Shown here in pieces: positions 31,366-41,269 of a DNA stretch of 64,000 nt. Position 1 is the first letter of the stretch; every line of letters begins with the position of its first letter. This DNA is from Candidatus Cloacimonadaceae bacterium (GTDB lineage Bacteria; Cloacimonadota; Cloacimonadia; Cloacimonadales; TCS61): positions 2,046 through 66,045 of the forward strand of contig CALOBL010000015.1 in NCBI GenBank assembly GCA_942491655.1. Direction: 5' to 3'. The notes beneath the pieces were generated by a model. The model worked only from the letters and a program-made list of their open reading frames with translations. It was not told the DNA's origin and ran no database searches. The position numbers and the translations under genes are program-made.

Positions 31366-33285
31366 TTATTTTTTTTCTTCATTTTTAATTATAAGCATTT
31401 CAATAATGAATAAAATAAGTACGGAGATAAGTAGATATTTCCAGATCTCAAAGCCATATCTTGATTGCAGGATCTCCTTCTCCCAATCTCTATCCACTAT
31501 CTTAATGCCTTTATTTTTTTCAAGCTCCAGCCTTTGCAGAGAGCTTTCTTTATAATCCAGATTTACAGCAACAGGTTTGTTGTCAAAATAGTAAATTCCC
31601 GGGGAATTTACAAAATATCTGTCCTGATTCCAAAGGATCTTATTACCGTCAGGAAGAATAATCTCTTTATCATTTATTTTGAATCTGTCACCCGTAACAT
31701 ATGTCGCATTCAAACTCAGATCCGAGAGCATAAATTGAAGACAGTTATAGGTAAGGACAGGAAAGGCAGAATCAACCAAAAAAGGATTACGCAGGTCAGC
31801 TATATCAAAGAGCCAGAGTATTTGACGATCAGTTTCCAGGATTAATGGGTTGTCACCAGCCTGCATCAGAATATCTGAGTCGGCTTTCACTGACCAGATT
31901 CTGCCGAATTCTATATCTTTCTTATCCCGGAACAAAGCCGTTATCGGATGGTAAGGATTTATAAAGGTGGTGACGATCTTTTTGTTATTGTCCACAAATT
32001 CCTGAAAAGAGACTGGGAATAAGCCGGAAAGTTTTTCCTGCCATTGAGCATCTAAAGCAGGGTCTGCAATGTACAGGATGCCCTTGCCATTTTGCTTTAA
32101 TTGATCAGTCAGCAGCGATAAGCGGGATTTATACTGTTTGTTGTAGACAATGTAGTTATCAAAAGGCTCCAGATCAGTGTAATTCAGATCATTCCTGTTG
32201 AATAGCTTGATGTTGTCAGAACTACCTGCATAGATCTCCAGTATTGTATACAAAGAGATCGGCAATTCAGGCAAATCGGTTAAAACAGCTATCCTGGGTT
32301 CCGGATTATAGAAATAAGTGAAGTAATTCCGGTTATCATACATAAGGCGTTCGTTCTTTAATTCTACAAAGCCTGTGTACCATCCTGCTTCATCAAAGCT
32401 GACCTCGAAACTGGAAGTCTTTCTCTGAGCAGGATTCAGATTAATTACTTTTTCTGCGACTTTGTGGCCGTTCAAGGTGAGGCCAACAATGATGTCATCC
32501 TGCTTGATCTCAGAATGGTTCATTAACTCAAAACTGATCTTACGAAGGCTTTTATTGCCGACAATTTCGTTTACTACGGAAGAGTTTTCACAACTTATGT
32601 TCACCTTGCTTTCAACTTCCATCCCGGAAGCGATCAGAAAGGTAGGAATTTCCATTTTCTCTGGAAGCGGTTGTTTCTGCAGATCGGTTAATACATAGAT
32701 TTCCTGGTTGGGAAGATGACTCTCCTGCAGCTTCTCTGCTGCCAATTCTATGACTTCCTGCAGAGGTGTTATAACCGCAGAGATCTCAATTCCCTGAATC
32801 AGATCCAACGGAAGTTTTCCATATCTGAGACCTCCCTGCAGATCATTCCAGCTTTTATTCAGTGTCAGAACTATGGTTATGTCATTCTCAGAAAGGATCT
32901 CATTTATTTCACCGGCTGTTTCCTTAGCAATCTCCAACTGGGTCCTTGTGTCTACCAGATAATCCATGCTGTAGGAATTATCTATAATCACTGCAATAGC
33001 AGTCCTGGGATGAGATGTTCCCCTGGAAAGATAGGGAGACCGGATTGAAGGTCTTGAAATGGCCAGAACAGTAAACAGAATGATCAGGATGCGGATAATA
33101 AGCAGCAGAATATTTTTAAGATTAATTTTCTTCCTCTGCTGTTTCTGGCTTAATTTTATAAACTTGATCGAACTGAAGATGATCTTCTTTGGTTTCTTCT
33201 TGGCAAATAAATATATTAAGATCGGGATCAGAATAGCTGATGCAAGAAATAATATTCCTGAATTGAGAAAAGAAAGACTAAACAT
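31366..33285 (-). CDS. BatA-domain / vWA-like membrane protein
   Basis: N-terminal PILIYLF...IIFSSIKF...LLLIIRILII...ISRP (BatA); IIDNSYSM MIDAS-like motif; C-terminal WKYLL TM segment. Confidence 0.8.
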   Translation of the reverse strand: MFSLSFLNSGILFLASAILIPILIYLFAKKKPKKIIFSSIKFIKLSQKQQRKKINLKNILLLIIRILIILFTVLAISRPSIRSPYLSRGTSHPRTAIAVIIDNSYSMDYLVDTRTQLEIAKETAGEINEILSENDITIVLTLNKSWNDLQGGLRYGKLPLDLIQGIEISAVITPLQEVIELAAEKLQESHLPNQEIYVLTDLQKQPLPEKMEIPTFLIASGMEVESKVNISCENSSVVNEIVGNKSLRKISFELMNHSEIKQDDIIVGLTLNGHKVAEKVINLNPAQRKTSSFEVSFDEAGWYTGFVELKNERLMYDNRNYFTYFYNPEPRIAVLTDLPELPISLYTILEIYAGSSDNIKLFNRNDLNYTDLEPFDNYIVYNKQYKSRLSLLTDQLKQNGKGILYIADPALDAQWQEKLSGLFPVSFQEFVDNNKKIVTTFINPYHPITALFRDKKDIEFGRIWSVKADSDILMQAGDNPLILETDRQILWLFDIADLRNPFLVDSAFPVLTYNCLQFMLSDLSLNATYVTGDRFKINDKEIILPDGNKILWNQDRYFVNSPGIYYFDNKPVAVNLDYKESSLQRLELEKNKGIKIVDRDWEKEILQSRYGFEIWKYLLISVLILFIIEMLIIKNEEKK

Positions 33286-34136
33286 AAATCTCCAAATTAC
33301 TGTAAATTTTCCTGCCCAGGAAATAAAATGCTATACCGCAGAATATTCCGACAGGAGTATCTATGAAATAATGATAATGACAATATACCGTTGAAATACT
33401 CAGTAGTATTGTTGCCAGAATCATGAACCATCCCAGCAGTTTGTGATACTGAAATGAAGCCACAGTAACTGCCGTTGCCACTGCAACATGGGAGCTTGGT
33501 ATCGCTCCACCCCAATGAGTAGTATTATTATAAACTAATGCCATTATCCGGGTGAATAAACCATAACGATATTCTCTGGATAAGGTCAGAGTTATATCCC
33601 AGAACCGGCCTCCAACGACCGGAATAAAATAGTAAATTATATAGCAACTGTAAAAAACAAAAGAGATTATAAAAAAGTACCTGTAAAAATTATCTCTGTT
33701 TTTGAAGTAGAAAAGCAGGCCAAGACCCACTATCATCAGGTAAAAACTTAAATACCAGAAATGAAAGAATTCCTGTAAAAAATAACTGCTGAATCTGGTT
33801 CCCCATTCTAATGCAGGTTGATAGCCGAAAATGGCTTGTTCAATTTTGTGTATATGAAGATCCCAGTACCCATGCCAGAGAATCTGGTTCATCTGAGTAG
33901 CAGATGCAAATAAAAATCCCCAGATAAACAGTGGATACCAGTGATACAACGGTACTAGGATTTTTAATTTTTTGGGAATATTTTGAGAGTAATAAAATCA
34001 TCGTTGTAATTATCAGATTCCCGAAAAAAATATCGAAACTATTCTCCAGTCTGTTCCAGCCTATAAACAGGAATATAGTACTTATTAAAAGGTATCCAAA
34101 TGTTAAAATATCAAGCGGTTTGTATAATCTTACCAT
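33278..34136 (-). CDS. PAP2-superfamily membrane phosphotransferase, AUR1/IPC-synthase-like (frameshift near 33950)
   Basis: ORFs 33840-34136 plus 33278-33949; multi-TM; GAIPSSH and HYHYFID catalytic-type motifs. Confidence 0.75.
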
Positions 34137-34140
34137 GTTG

Positions 34141-35268
34141 TTAATCGATCTTGCTCTCCAGGATCCTGTACCTTTTGTGTACCTCTCCGCCTAGATGCAG
34201 AGCTATTTTATTCATCATTTCATTATTTTCCAATACCCAGGAAAGTTCAGCATTTTTTATTTTTAGCTGCTTATGATTATTTGCTGTTTCAAAGGTCTTT
34301 GTGTAAAATACTGTATCGATTCCCCTTTTCTGATATTCTTTAATCACACCCATGGTGATGATCCTTAAACCTGTAATTTTATTCCTGTAAAGCAGTGCTT
34401 TAATAAATCCAAATGGAAGAAGTTTCCCTTTCAGATGTATCAGAACCTGATTATAATCCGGCAAAGCAACATAAAAACCTGCTGGTTTCCCTTCCACATA
34501 GGCTAAATAAAAGAACTCCGGTCTTACAACATCTATTACCTGATCAATTTCATGCTGAAACTCTTTTTTGGTAGCAGGAACAAATCCCCAGTTCTTTTCC
34601 CAGGCTTTGGAATAAACCGTGAAAACTGTTTCCAGGTCTTTCCTTAACTTCTTTTTATTGGTCGAAAGAGGGCGTACTATAAAATTTCCTCTTTTCTGCA
34701 GTCTTTCAGTAAGACGAAGCAGTTTTTCCGGAGTCGGTCTGTTGGGAAGCAGATAAGCCAGTAGATCCATGCTCTTTGACATACCCCAGTTCTCCAGCAA
34801 TTTTAGATAATAAGGTGGATTATGGGTCATCATAATAAACGGAGATGATTCAAAACCCTCAACCAGCAGACCGCATTCATGGTTAGTAGAAAGATTCATG
34901 GGACCCCGCATGGCATCACACCCTTTGTTTCGCAACCACTCCTGAGCTGTACTTAGTAATGCATCTGCAGCATCCTGATCATTTGTACATTCAAAAAAAC
35001 CAAAAAATCCGATCTTGTCATTATGGAATTTATTATGCTGAGTGTTGGTGTGAGCAGTTATTCGCCCGACAATTTCACCTTCCTTCAGTGCCAGGAAGAG
35101 TTGTACTTCCGAATGTTCATAATAGGGATTTTTGGCTGGATCGAAATATTTTTTCTGTTCGAAAATCAAGGGAGCTACCCAATAAGGGTCATCTTTATAA
35201 AGTTTGAATGGAAATTTTATAAATCTGACCAGATCTTGTTTGTTCTTAACACTCTTTATTGTTATCAT
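34141..35268 (-). CDS. YghO/bCerS-like double-GNAT acyltransferase, copy 2
   Basis: FIKFPFKLY..DP.WVAPL, GFFGFFEC, MRGPMN, CGLLVEGF, ELSWVLENN; 375 aa. Confidence 0.75.
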   Translation of the reverse strand: MITIKSVKNKQDLVRFIKFPFKLYKDDPYWVAPLIFEQKKYFDPAKNPYYEHSEVQLFLALKEGEIVGRITAHTNTQHNKFHNDKIGFFGFFECTNDQDAADALLSTAQEWLRNKGCDAMRGPMNLSTNHECGLLVEGFESSPFIMMTHNPPYYLKLLENWGMSKSMDLLAYLLPNRPTPEKLLRLTERLQKRGNFIVRPLSTNKKKLRKDLETVFTVYSKAWEKNWGFVPATKKEFQHEIDQVIDVVRPEFFYLAYVEGKPAGFYVALPDYNQVLIHLKGKLLPFGFIKALLYRNKITGLRIITMGVIKEYQKRGIDTVFYTKTFETANNHKQLKIKNAELSWVLENNEMMNKIALHLGGEVHKRYRILESKID

Positions 35269-36399
35269 TTAATTACCTTCTATTGAAATGTCATACATCC
35301 TGTAGGTTTTATAAATATCAGCAGTAAGTGTTTTAGCTATTTTATTCATCATTTCATTGGTTTCCAGAACCCAGGAAAACTCAGCATCTTTATAGGGATT
35401 CTTATGATTTGCAGCTGTTTCAAATGATTTGCAGTAAAAAACTACATCAATACCCCTGTTCTTATATTCATCCAACACGCCCATAATGGGAACTCGCAGG
35501 TTGGGAATTTTATTTAGATTCAGCAGGAGTTTCAGCCAGCCGAAAGGAAATATTCTTCCTCTCATTTTTTGTAAAATGTAATTATAATCCGGAAGAGTTA
35601 CGGACATTCCCACCGCTTTCTCATCAATTTCTGCAATGTAAACAAATTCAGGTCTGATGATTGGCATCAGCTTATCTACGATCATATCAAATTCCCGGGG
35701 AGAACAGGGGACATAACCCCAATTGTCTTTCCATGCTTCCTCGTATAAATGATAGATCTTCTCAATGTCCGAACGTAATTTTTTCCTGTTCTTGGAAGAT
35801 AATGCCCTTATCGTGAAGTTCCCCCTGGCTTCAATCTTTTTTGCCAGCCTGTTCAATCTCTCCGGAGGTGGTTTAACGTCAACATGATAGGCATAAAGAT
35901 CCATGACTTTCATCAATCCGTAGCTTTCGTACAGTTTTATATAGTATTCAGGATTATAGGTCATCAGCAGCATAGGAGGTGAATCAAATGCATCTATCAG
36001 TAATCCGCATTCATCATTAACGGAAAAATTGGCTGGACCCCTCATGATTGTCATTCCTTTTTCCCTCAGCCAATCTCTGGCCGAATCGAATAAGGTATCC
36101 GCTGTTTTCTGGTCATCAATACATTCAAAAAATCCGAAAAAACCTACTTTATCATGATGGACTTTATTGTGTTGTGTGTTAGTGTGAGCAGAAATTCTGC
36201 CGATAATTTTATTATTCTCAATTGCCAGAAAAAGCTGAACTTCCGAATGCTCGAAATAGGGATTTTTCTTTTTATTGAAGAAGTTCTTCTGATCCATTAT
36301 CAACGGGGCGACCCAATTGGGATCATTTTTGTATAGTTTAAAGGGAAACTTGATGAATTTATTCAGCAATTTTCCGGAATCAACTTTAATAATTTCCAT
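35269..36399 (-). CDS. YghO/bCerS-like double-GNAT acyltransferase, copy 1
   Basis: Same motif set as copy 2 (GFFGFFEC, MRGPAN, CGLLIDAF, EFSWVLETN); 376 aa; tandem paralogue. Confidence 0.75.
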   Translation of the reverse strand: MEIIKVDSGKLLNKFIKFPFKLYKNDPNWVAPLIMDQKNFFNKKKNPYFEHSEVQLFLAIENNKIIGRISAHTNTQHNKVHHDKVGFFGFFECIDDQKTADTLFDSARDWLREKGMTIMRGPANFSVNDECGLLIDAFDSPPMLLMTYNPEYYIKLYESYGLMKVMDLYAYHVDVKPPPERLNRLAKKIEARGNFTIRALSSKNRKKLRSDIEKIYHLYEEAWKDNWGYVPCSPREFDMIVDKLMPIIRPEFVYIAEIDEKAVGMSVTLPDYNYILQKMRGRIFPFGWLKLLLNLNKIPNLRVPIMGVLDEYKNRGIDVVFYCKSFETAANHKNPYKDAEFSWVLETNEMMNKIAKTLTADIYKTYRMYDISIEGN

Positions 36400-37025
36400 T
36401 ATATTTCTCCTAATTTTTTTGAAACAAAATAATTCATGATACCCATTAGGATGGCTGCCAGGAACATTTTTGCCAGGAAATCTCTACCACCCGCAAAAAA
36501 GAAATTAACAAAGGGTGTAAGCATAACGATCATATACTGGGAAAACCTGATCTGGTTGAAGAAAATTACCAGGATGAAGGCCAGGAAACAGACAATGATG
36601 GTGGGCCAGGGTGCAAAGAATAATGTGAAACCTATATAAATAAATATTCCTCTTCCACCTTTAAATTTGTGTGTAAGCGGTAAACAATGGCCAATTATCA
36701 TGGAAAATCCAATTACAAGCAGGTGGTTTTGGGTGGTGATCTCGTTCAGACCGGGTATTATTGCTGTTAATTCCGCTGAAAAAAGGATAATCTTAAGAAA
36801 TGCCAGATAGAAAAAGATCTTTCCTACATCCAGTATTCCTGTAAATATACCTAACGCTTTATCAATATTATTATAAATATTAAGCGTGTCCGGATGGCCG
36901 GTGCCGATTTTGTAAATGTTAATGTTTTTATAATATTTCGCCAGAAGCTTGGCAGTGGAAAAGCATCCCAGAAAGTAGGAAACTAAAACTAGAAATATCA
37001 TGATCAAGGTTGATTGCATATTCAT
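36399..37025 (-). CDS. Divergent PlsY-family membrane acyltransferase
   Basis: YFLGCF, DVGK and GH..P....FKGGRG recognisable; motif 1 altered and motif 3 (HxxN) missing. Confidence 0.7.
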   Translation of the reverse strand: MNMQSTLIMIFLVLVSYFLGCFSTAKLLAKYYKNINIYKIGTGHPDTLNIYNNIDKALGIFTGILDVGKIFFYLAFLKIILFSAELTAIIPGLNEITTQNHLLVIGFSMIIGHCLPLTHKFKGGRGIFIYIGFTLFFAPWPTIIVCFLAFILVIFFNQIRFSQYMIVMLTPFVNFFFAGGRDFLAKMFLAAILMGIMNYFVSKKLGEI

Positions 37026-37030
37026 TCCTT

Positions 37031-37720
37031 TTAATTGACTCTGGGGCCAAACAGGGCGCTGCCGATCCGCAGAATATTTGCTCCTTCCTCAATTGCGATC
37101 TCATAATCGCCGGACATACCCATCGATAAAAATTTCATCTCACAATTTGCCTGTTTCAGTTTCTTCATATTAAGAAAGATTTCATGCAGTTTTCTAAAGC
37201 ACTTTCTGATCTTGGCTTGATCCGAAGTGAACATTCCGATCGTCATTAACCCCAGGATCCTGATATTAGCCAGTGTTTTTGCCCTAAGAATAAAGCTTTC
37301 TGTAATATCGGGCTGAATCCCGAATTTACTTTCTTCACCTGATGTGTTCACCTGGATTAGAACATTCACGGTTATTCCATTTTCAATGGCCAGCTGATTG
37401 ATTTTTTTTAAAGTGGAAAAGGAATCAATTGAATGAATAAGATCTGGCTTTAACTGCATAAGCTTCTTTACTTTATTGGATTGCAAATGTCCTATAAAAT
37501 GAAATTGTTTATAATTCTCCTGAAGATAAGGTATTTTGGCTTCTGCTTCCTGAACTTTATTTTCGCCAATTATAGAAATACCGGCCTTTAGAGCAAGGTT
37601 GATCTCTTCGATCGAGCGGGTTTTTGTTACTGCCAGCAGCAATATCTCCGCTGGGTTTCTATCTGTTTTTGCGCAGGCAGCTTCAATCCTTTTCATTATC
37701 TTCAAGTTTATTTTTTCCAA
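37031..37720 (-). CDS. yggS: PLP homeostasis protein YggS/PlpBP
   Basis: LLAVTKT, GENKVQE, HFIGHLQSNKVK, LSMGMSGDY..AIEEGA..LRIGSALFG. Confidence 0.95.
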   Translation of the reverse strand: MEKINLKIMKRIEAACAKTDRNPAEILLLAVTKTRSIEEINLALKAGISIIGENKVQEAEAKIPYLQENYKQFHFIGHLQSNKVKKLMQLKPDLIHSIDSFSTLKKINQLAIENGITVNVLIQVNTSGEESKFGIQPDITESFILRAKTLANIRILGLMTIGMFTSDQAKIRKCFRKLHEIFLNMKKLKQANCEMKFLSMGMSGDYEIAIEEGANILRIGSALFGPRVN

Positions 37721-37812
37721 TATTCATAATTCTACCATTAATCAAATTTGAAAAGATTTGTGTAACCATAAATGTCAAGTACTATTCATTGATTATCTGC
37801 AGTTGATTTCAC

Positions 37813-37852
37813 AAAAAAAAATCCTTCCGGAAGTAGCCACAACCGGAAGGAT
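37813..37852 (-). terminator. Terminator after the S8 protease gene
   Basis: Stem ATCCTTCCGG/CCGGAAGGAT followed by a 9-U tract on the minus strand. Confidence 0.8.
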
Positions 37853-37874
37853 CCAATGTTTATGGGACAATTAT

Positions 37875-40800
37875 TTATTTCATCATGATCATCTTACGAG
37901 TACCGGAATAATCAGCAGTCTGTAATTTATAGAAATAGATGCCTGTAGTTGCCGTTCTGCCGGAATCGTCTTTGCCATCCCACTCAATAATATGTGTGCC
38001 GGCATTCATTTGTTCTGCTTTAAGAGTTCTTACCAGCTGTCCCTTCAGATTATAAATATTCAGCTGAGTAAATCCCTCTTCTTTCAGATTGAAATGAATT
38101 TTAGTAGTTGGATTAAAGGGATTCGGATAATTATTGATCAGATTTGTGACCAGTGAAGGTGTTTCATTGTCCGAAAAACCTGTACCGGCTTCATAAGCGT
38201 TGTTAGTTCTGCACAGATTTCCCTTAAACGTTGCCCAGGCGATATCTTCGTCAGCAACTGGATGATTGTAGTCTATGGCATAATATCCATACTGGTTCGG
38301 TAAAACGATCTCTACATCCCCGTCCCCGTCAAGGTCTGCAATAGCTGGACTTACTTTCAGAGAATTATCCAGGTCGATAGGGAAGTTTACCGTTTCAGAA
38401 CCCGAGATATCATAGGAATGAAGATAGCCGAAATTATCACCGAAAACAATTTCAAAAGTACCATCGTTGTCCATGTCTGCTATAATCGGTGTAGAATCAA
38501 CAGATTGTTCTACATCAACCGGGAAAGGTCCAATATCGGTACCGGTATTATCAACAACATAGACATCCCCGGAATTTGAAACCAGAATGATATCATTGTT
38601 ACCATCTACATCAATATCTGCAACAACAATACCACCTTTGATGATACAACCCAGATCGCGTATAAATATATTACTGCCATCATGATTGAAAGCCATCAGG
38701 TTTCCATTGGAAATGCCAACGATCACTTCTGGTTCATCATCTGCATCAATATTTGCAATAGTCGGGCCCTGATAAGTATTGGAGCCAACATCCACCGGCC
38801 AGCCGGCTATATTGTTTCCTGTAGCCGAGGAAATTGCATACAAGCTACCGGATATGGAGGAAGCTAACAGTTCCAGGTTGCCATCACCATCCAGATCTGC
38901 CGCTGCCGGAGAAGATAAGATCCCGGTTGAACTAAGTGTTGCCGGGAAGTTAGTGAAATCTGTACCATCATGGTTGAGCACATATACCTGAGCATTCGGT
39001 ACAAAGGTAAATGCTACGATCTCCAGTGCACCATCTCCATTTACATCCACGATCATGGGGTTGCCTTTAATCTGACTTCCAGTGGCATAAGAAAAAATTA
39101 CATTTCCTGTGTTATCAATAGCAAAAATGTTGCCGCCTTCATTAGCTGCTACGATCTCAAGATTGCCATCACCATCAATGTCAGCTATTGCTGCCGCTGC
39201 ACTGAATATTCCGCCCAGATCAAGTGGGAAAGGTGCATCTTCTGAAGCATCAGGATTTAATACATGCAGCATGCCATTGAAATCAGCAAAAATTGTCTCT
39301 TTCTGACCATCCTCATCTATGTCTGCTAAAGCGGCAGCAGAATTTGTCGTGCCACCCAGGTTTAAAGGCCAGCCTGTTTGAAAGTAACTTAATGTAGCTG
39401 TAATTTCGTGAGTTACAATATAAGGGAATTCACTTTCAGGGTTTGCTGTAATAATTACAGTTAAAGGGATCAGCTGAACGTTTGTGTCTTCCGGTGTAGT
39501 AAGCATTATGGGTGAGTCAGTATTCCAGTGCGATCCTGCCTGGTAAATTACCGGAACATTGAAAGTCTCTGAGCCATCTAAAAAAGTAACTTCCGATTCA
39601 GTTGTACTTACTGTTACGGTTACATCGTCTGCCTGAGCCCAAAGGCCACCGGAAAACCAGTTATTCCAGATATTAAGTTCAAGATTGCAGATCTCTCCCG
39701 GATTTGGTTCACCGTCTCCGTCACCTTCACTCTCATAAAAATGAAAATCCTCAATTGTTAGATTAGGAATTAGATCATACATGGCAGCCTGATAGGCATT
39801 CACGCGACCCGTACCCAATAAGCCGGCATAATCAGGATTAATATCGTTTATATTATCTGTAGTCATTTCTATTCTGGCTTTTAATTCCAGTCCGCATAAT
39901 TCCGGATGTGCACTCATAACAAGTGCTGCCAGCCCAGAAACAATGGGTGATGACATCGATGTTCCCTGATAAGAAGCATATCCGGAGCCATCGATAACGG
40001 TTGATTTGATATTGACTCCAGGTGCACTAACATCAATAGCAGTACCCCAGTTGGAAAAGTAAGCGATCTCATCTGCCTGATCCGTTGCTGCAACACACAT
40101 AGCATTTGTACAGTCATTGGGATACGAAGGGTGTACGTCATTACTCCAGGTATCATTACCGGCAGATCCAACTACCAGAGCACCTGCATCTGTTGCATAA
40201 TTCACAACATAATTTGCAGTTGTTGCATTTCCTGGACCACCCCAGCTGCAGTTTATAATATCTGCACCAGTATCAGCACAGTAGATAATTCCGTCATAGC
40301 CATTGGATATAGTAGTGCCTGCAACTGAACCTCTGTGAGTAGATACCAGGATACTGGCTGTAAAAGATGAACCGGAAACTCCAACTGCATTATCACCGAC
40401 TGCTGCAGCACAACCCGCAACATGTGTACCATGATCATTCCCCGGATTACTCTGGTAGGATTGATTATTATTGTAATAGTGATTCCAGCCTAAACAATCA
40501 TCTACCTCACCATTCCCGTCATCATCATAACCATTACCACCGGAGATTGCGCCAGTTTCCCAGTTGATGGTCATGGTATTTCCACCATAAGTTGTGGAAT
40601 TTAATTCAGCTTCATTTACCCAGATATTGTCCATCAGATCTTCGTGAGTCCAGTATACACCGGAATCAACGATCCCAATGATAACGTCATGGCTTCCAGT
40701 AATCCAATCCCATGCACTGGGACATTCAATCTGTGGTAAATGCCATTGCTGCGGATATTGTGGATCATCAGGAGTATATCTGATACGGTTGATACCTTCA

Positions 40801-41189
40801 TATTCTGCATAAATTATGTCACTGTTTTTGGCTAACATATCTAGTGCAGTTTCAATATTGTCGTTATTTTTTAAATGAATTCTGTAAATATTCTGCAGAT
40901 AAACACCATCTTCATTCCAGTCCTTGTATCTAACACTGCTGATGAATCTTGTCAGGTCCACGATCTGAAGTGTTTCAGCCAGAATATCAAAATTCTGATC
41001 CCCAGTAACTACCAGTCCGTCAATTATATTATAATCCAGAATGCCGTCATTATTTCCGACAAAGTCTTTGCTGAAAGCAGCGATTATTATATTGGATTCA
41101 TAATTATCCGGATCAAAAGCGACTACATCACCCAGAAGTGTGATAGTGCCGAAAACAATTAAAAACAGTAAAAAGATCCCCCGTTTCAT
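37875..41189 (-). CDS. Secreted S8 (subtilisin-like) protease with FG-GAP propeller and T9SS-type/FlgD C-terminal domain
   Basis: Triad IVDSG / DHGTHVAG / GTSMSSP; eight DxDxDG-type repeats; NYPNPFNP...RKMIMMK CTD. True start is likely ATG 41189 (AGGAG RBS), not 41237. Confidence 0.88.
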   Translation of the reverse strand: MKRGIFLLFLIVFGTITLLGDVVAFDPDNYESNIIIAAFSKDFVGNNDGILDYNIIDGLVVTGDQNFDILAETLQIVDLTRFISSVRYKDWNEDGVYLQNIYRIHLKNNDNIETALDMLAKNSDIIYAEYEGINRIRYTPDDPQYPQQWHLPQIECPSAWDWITGSHDVIIGIVDSGVYWTHEDLMDNIWVNEAELNSTTYGGNTMTINWETGAISGGNGYDDDGNGEVDDCLGWNHYYNNNQSYQSNPGNDHGTHVAGCAAAVGDNAVGVSGSSFTASILVSTHRGSVAGTTISNGYDGIIYCADTGADIINCSWGGPGNATTANYVVNYATDAGALVVGSAGNDTWSNDVHPSYPNDCTNAMCVAATDQADEIAYFSNWGTAIDVSAPGVNIKSTVIDGSGYASYQGTSMSSPIVSGLAALVMSAHPELCGLELKARIEMTTDNINDINPDYAGLLGTGRVNAYQAAMYDLIPNLTIEDFHFYESEGDGDGEPNPGEICNLELNIWNNWFSGGLWAQADDVTVTVSTTESEVTFLDGSETFNVPVIYQAGSHWNTDSPIMLTTPEDTNVQLIPLTVIITANPESEFPYIVTHEITATLSYFQTGWPLNLGGTTNSAAALADIDEDGQKETIFADFNGMLHVLNPDASEDAPFPLDLGGIFSAAAAIADIDGDGNLEIVAANEGGNIFAIDNTGNVIFSYATGSQIKGNPMIVDVNGDGALEIVAFTFVPNAQVYVLNHDGTDFTNFPATLSSTGILSSPAAADLDGDGNLELLASSISGSLYAISSATGNNIAGWPVDVGSNTYQGPTIANIDADDEPEVIVGISNGNLMAFNHDGSNIFIRDLGCIIKGGIVVADIDVDGNNDIILVSNSGDVYVVDNTGTDIGPFPVDVEQSVDSTPIIADMDNDGTFEIVFGDNFGYLHSYDISGSETVNFPIDLDNSLKVSPAIADLDGDGDVEIVLPNQYGYYAIDYNHPVADEDIAWATFKGNLCRTNNAYEAGTGFSDNETPSLVTNLINNYPNPFNPTTKIHFNLKEEGFTQLNIYNLKGQLVRTLKAEQMNAGTHIIEWDGKDDSGRTATTGIYFYKLQTADYSGTRKMIMMK

Positions 41190-41218
41190 TGAAAACTCCT
41201 TATTAATTAATTTTTTAT

Positions 41219-41254
41219 AAAAAAGGAAGGTATGCAAGATTCATACCTTCCTTT
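41219..41254 (-). terminator. Terminator between the 951-aa secreted protein gene and the S8 gene
   Basis: 13-bp stem AAAGGAAGGTATG/CATACCTTCCTTT followed by a U-tract on the minus strand. Confidence 0.78.
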
Positions 41255-41269
41255 ACTTTAAATTAGCGA

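Noticed and set aside
128-34136. Frameshifts in murA, abiEi, prmC, rpoC, rpoB, rplJ, rplK, nusG, secE, the HhH-barrel gene, msmX and the PAP2 gene, read as pseudogenes or programmed frameshifting
   Set aside because: Many are single-copy essential genes, and the breaks I traced are mostly 1-nt indels in homopolymer runs with intact sequence on both sides. This fits uncorrected long-read error. No breaks are evident after about 34 kb, suggesting uneven coverage or polishing. Read mapping would confirm.
38280-39340. Periodic repeats that could be taken for an array
   Set aside because: These are protein-level FG-GAP (DxDxDG) repeats in the S8 protease, with no nucleotide-identical repeats or spacers; not CRISPR or DGR.
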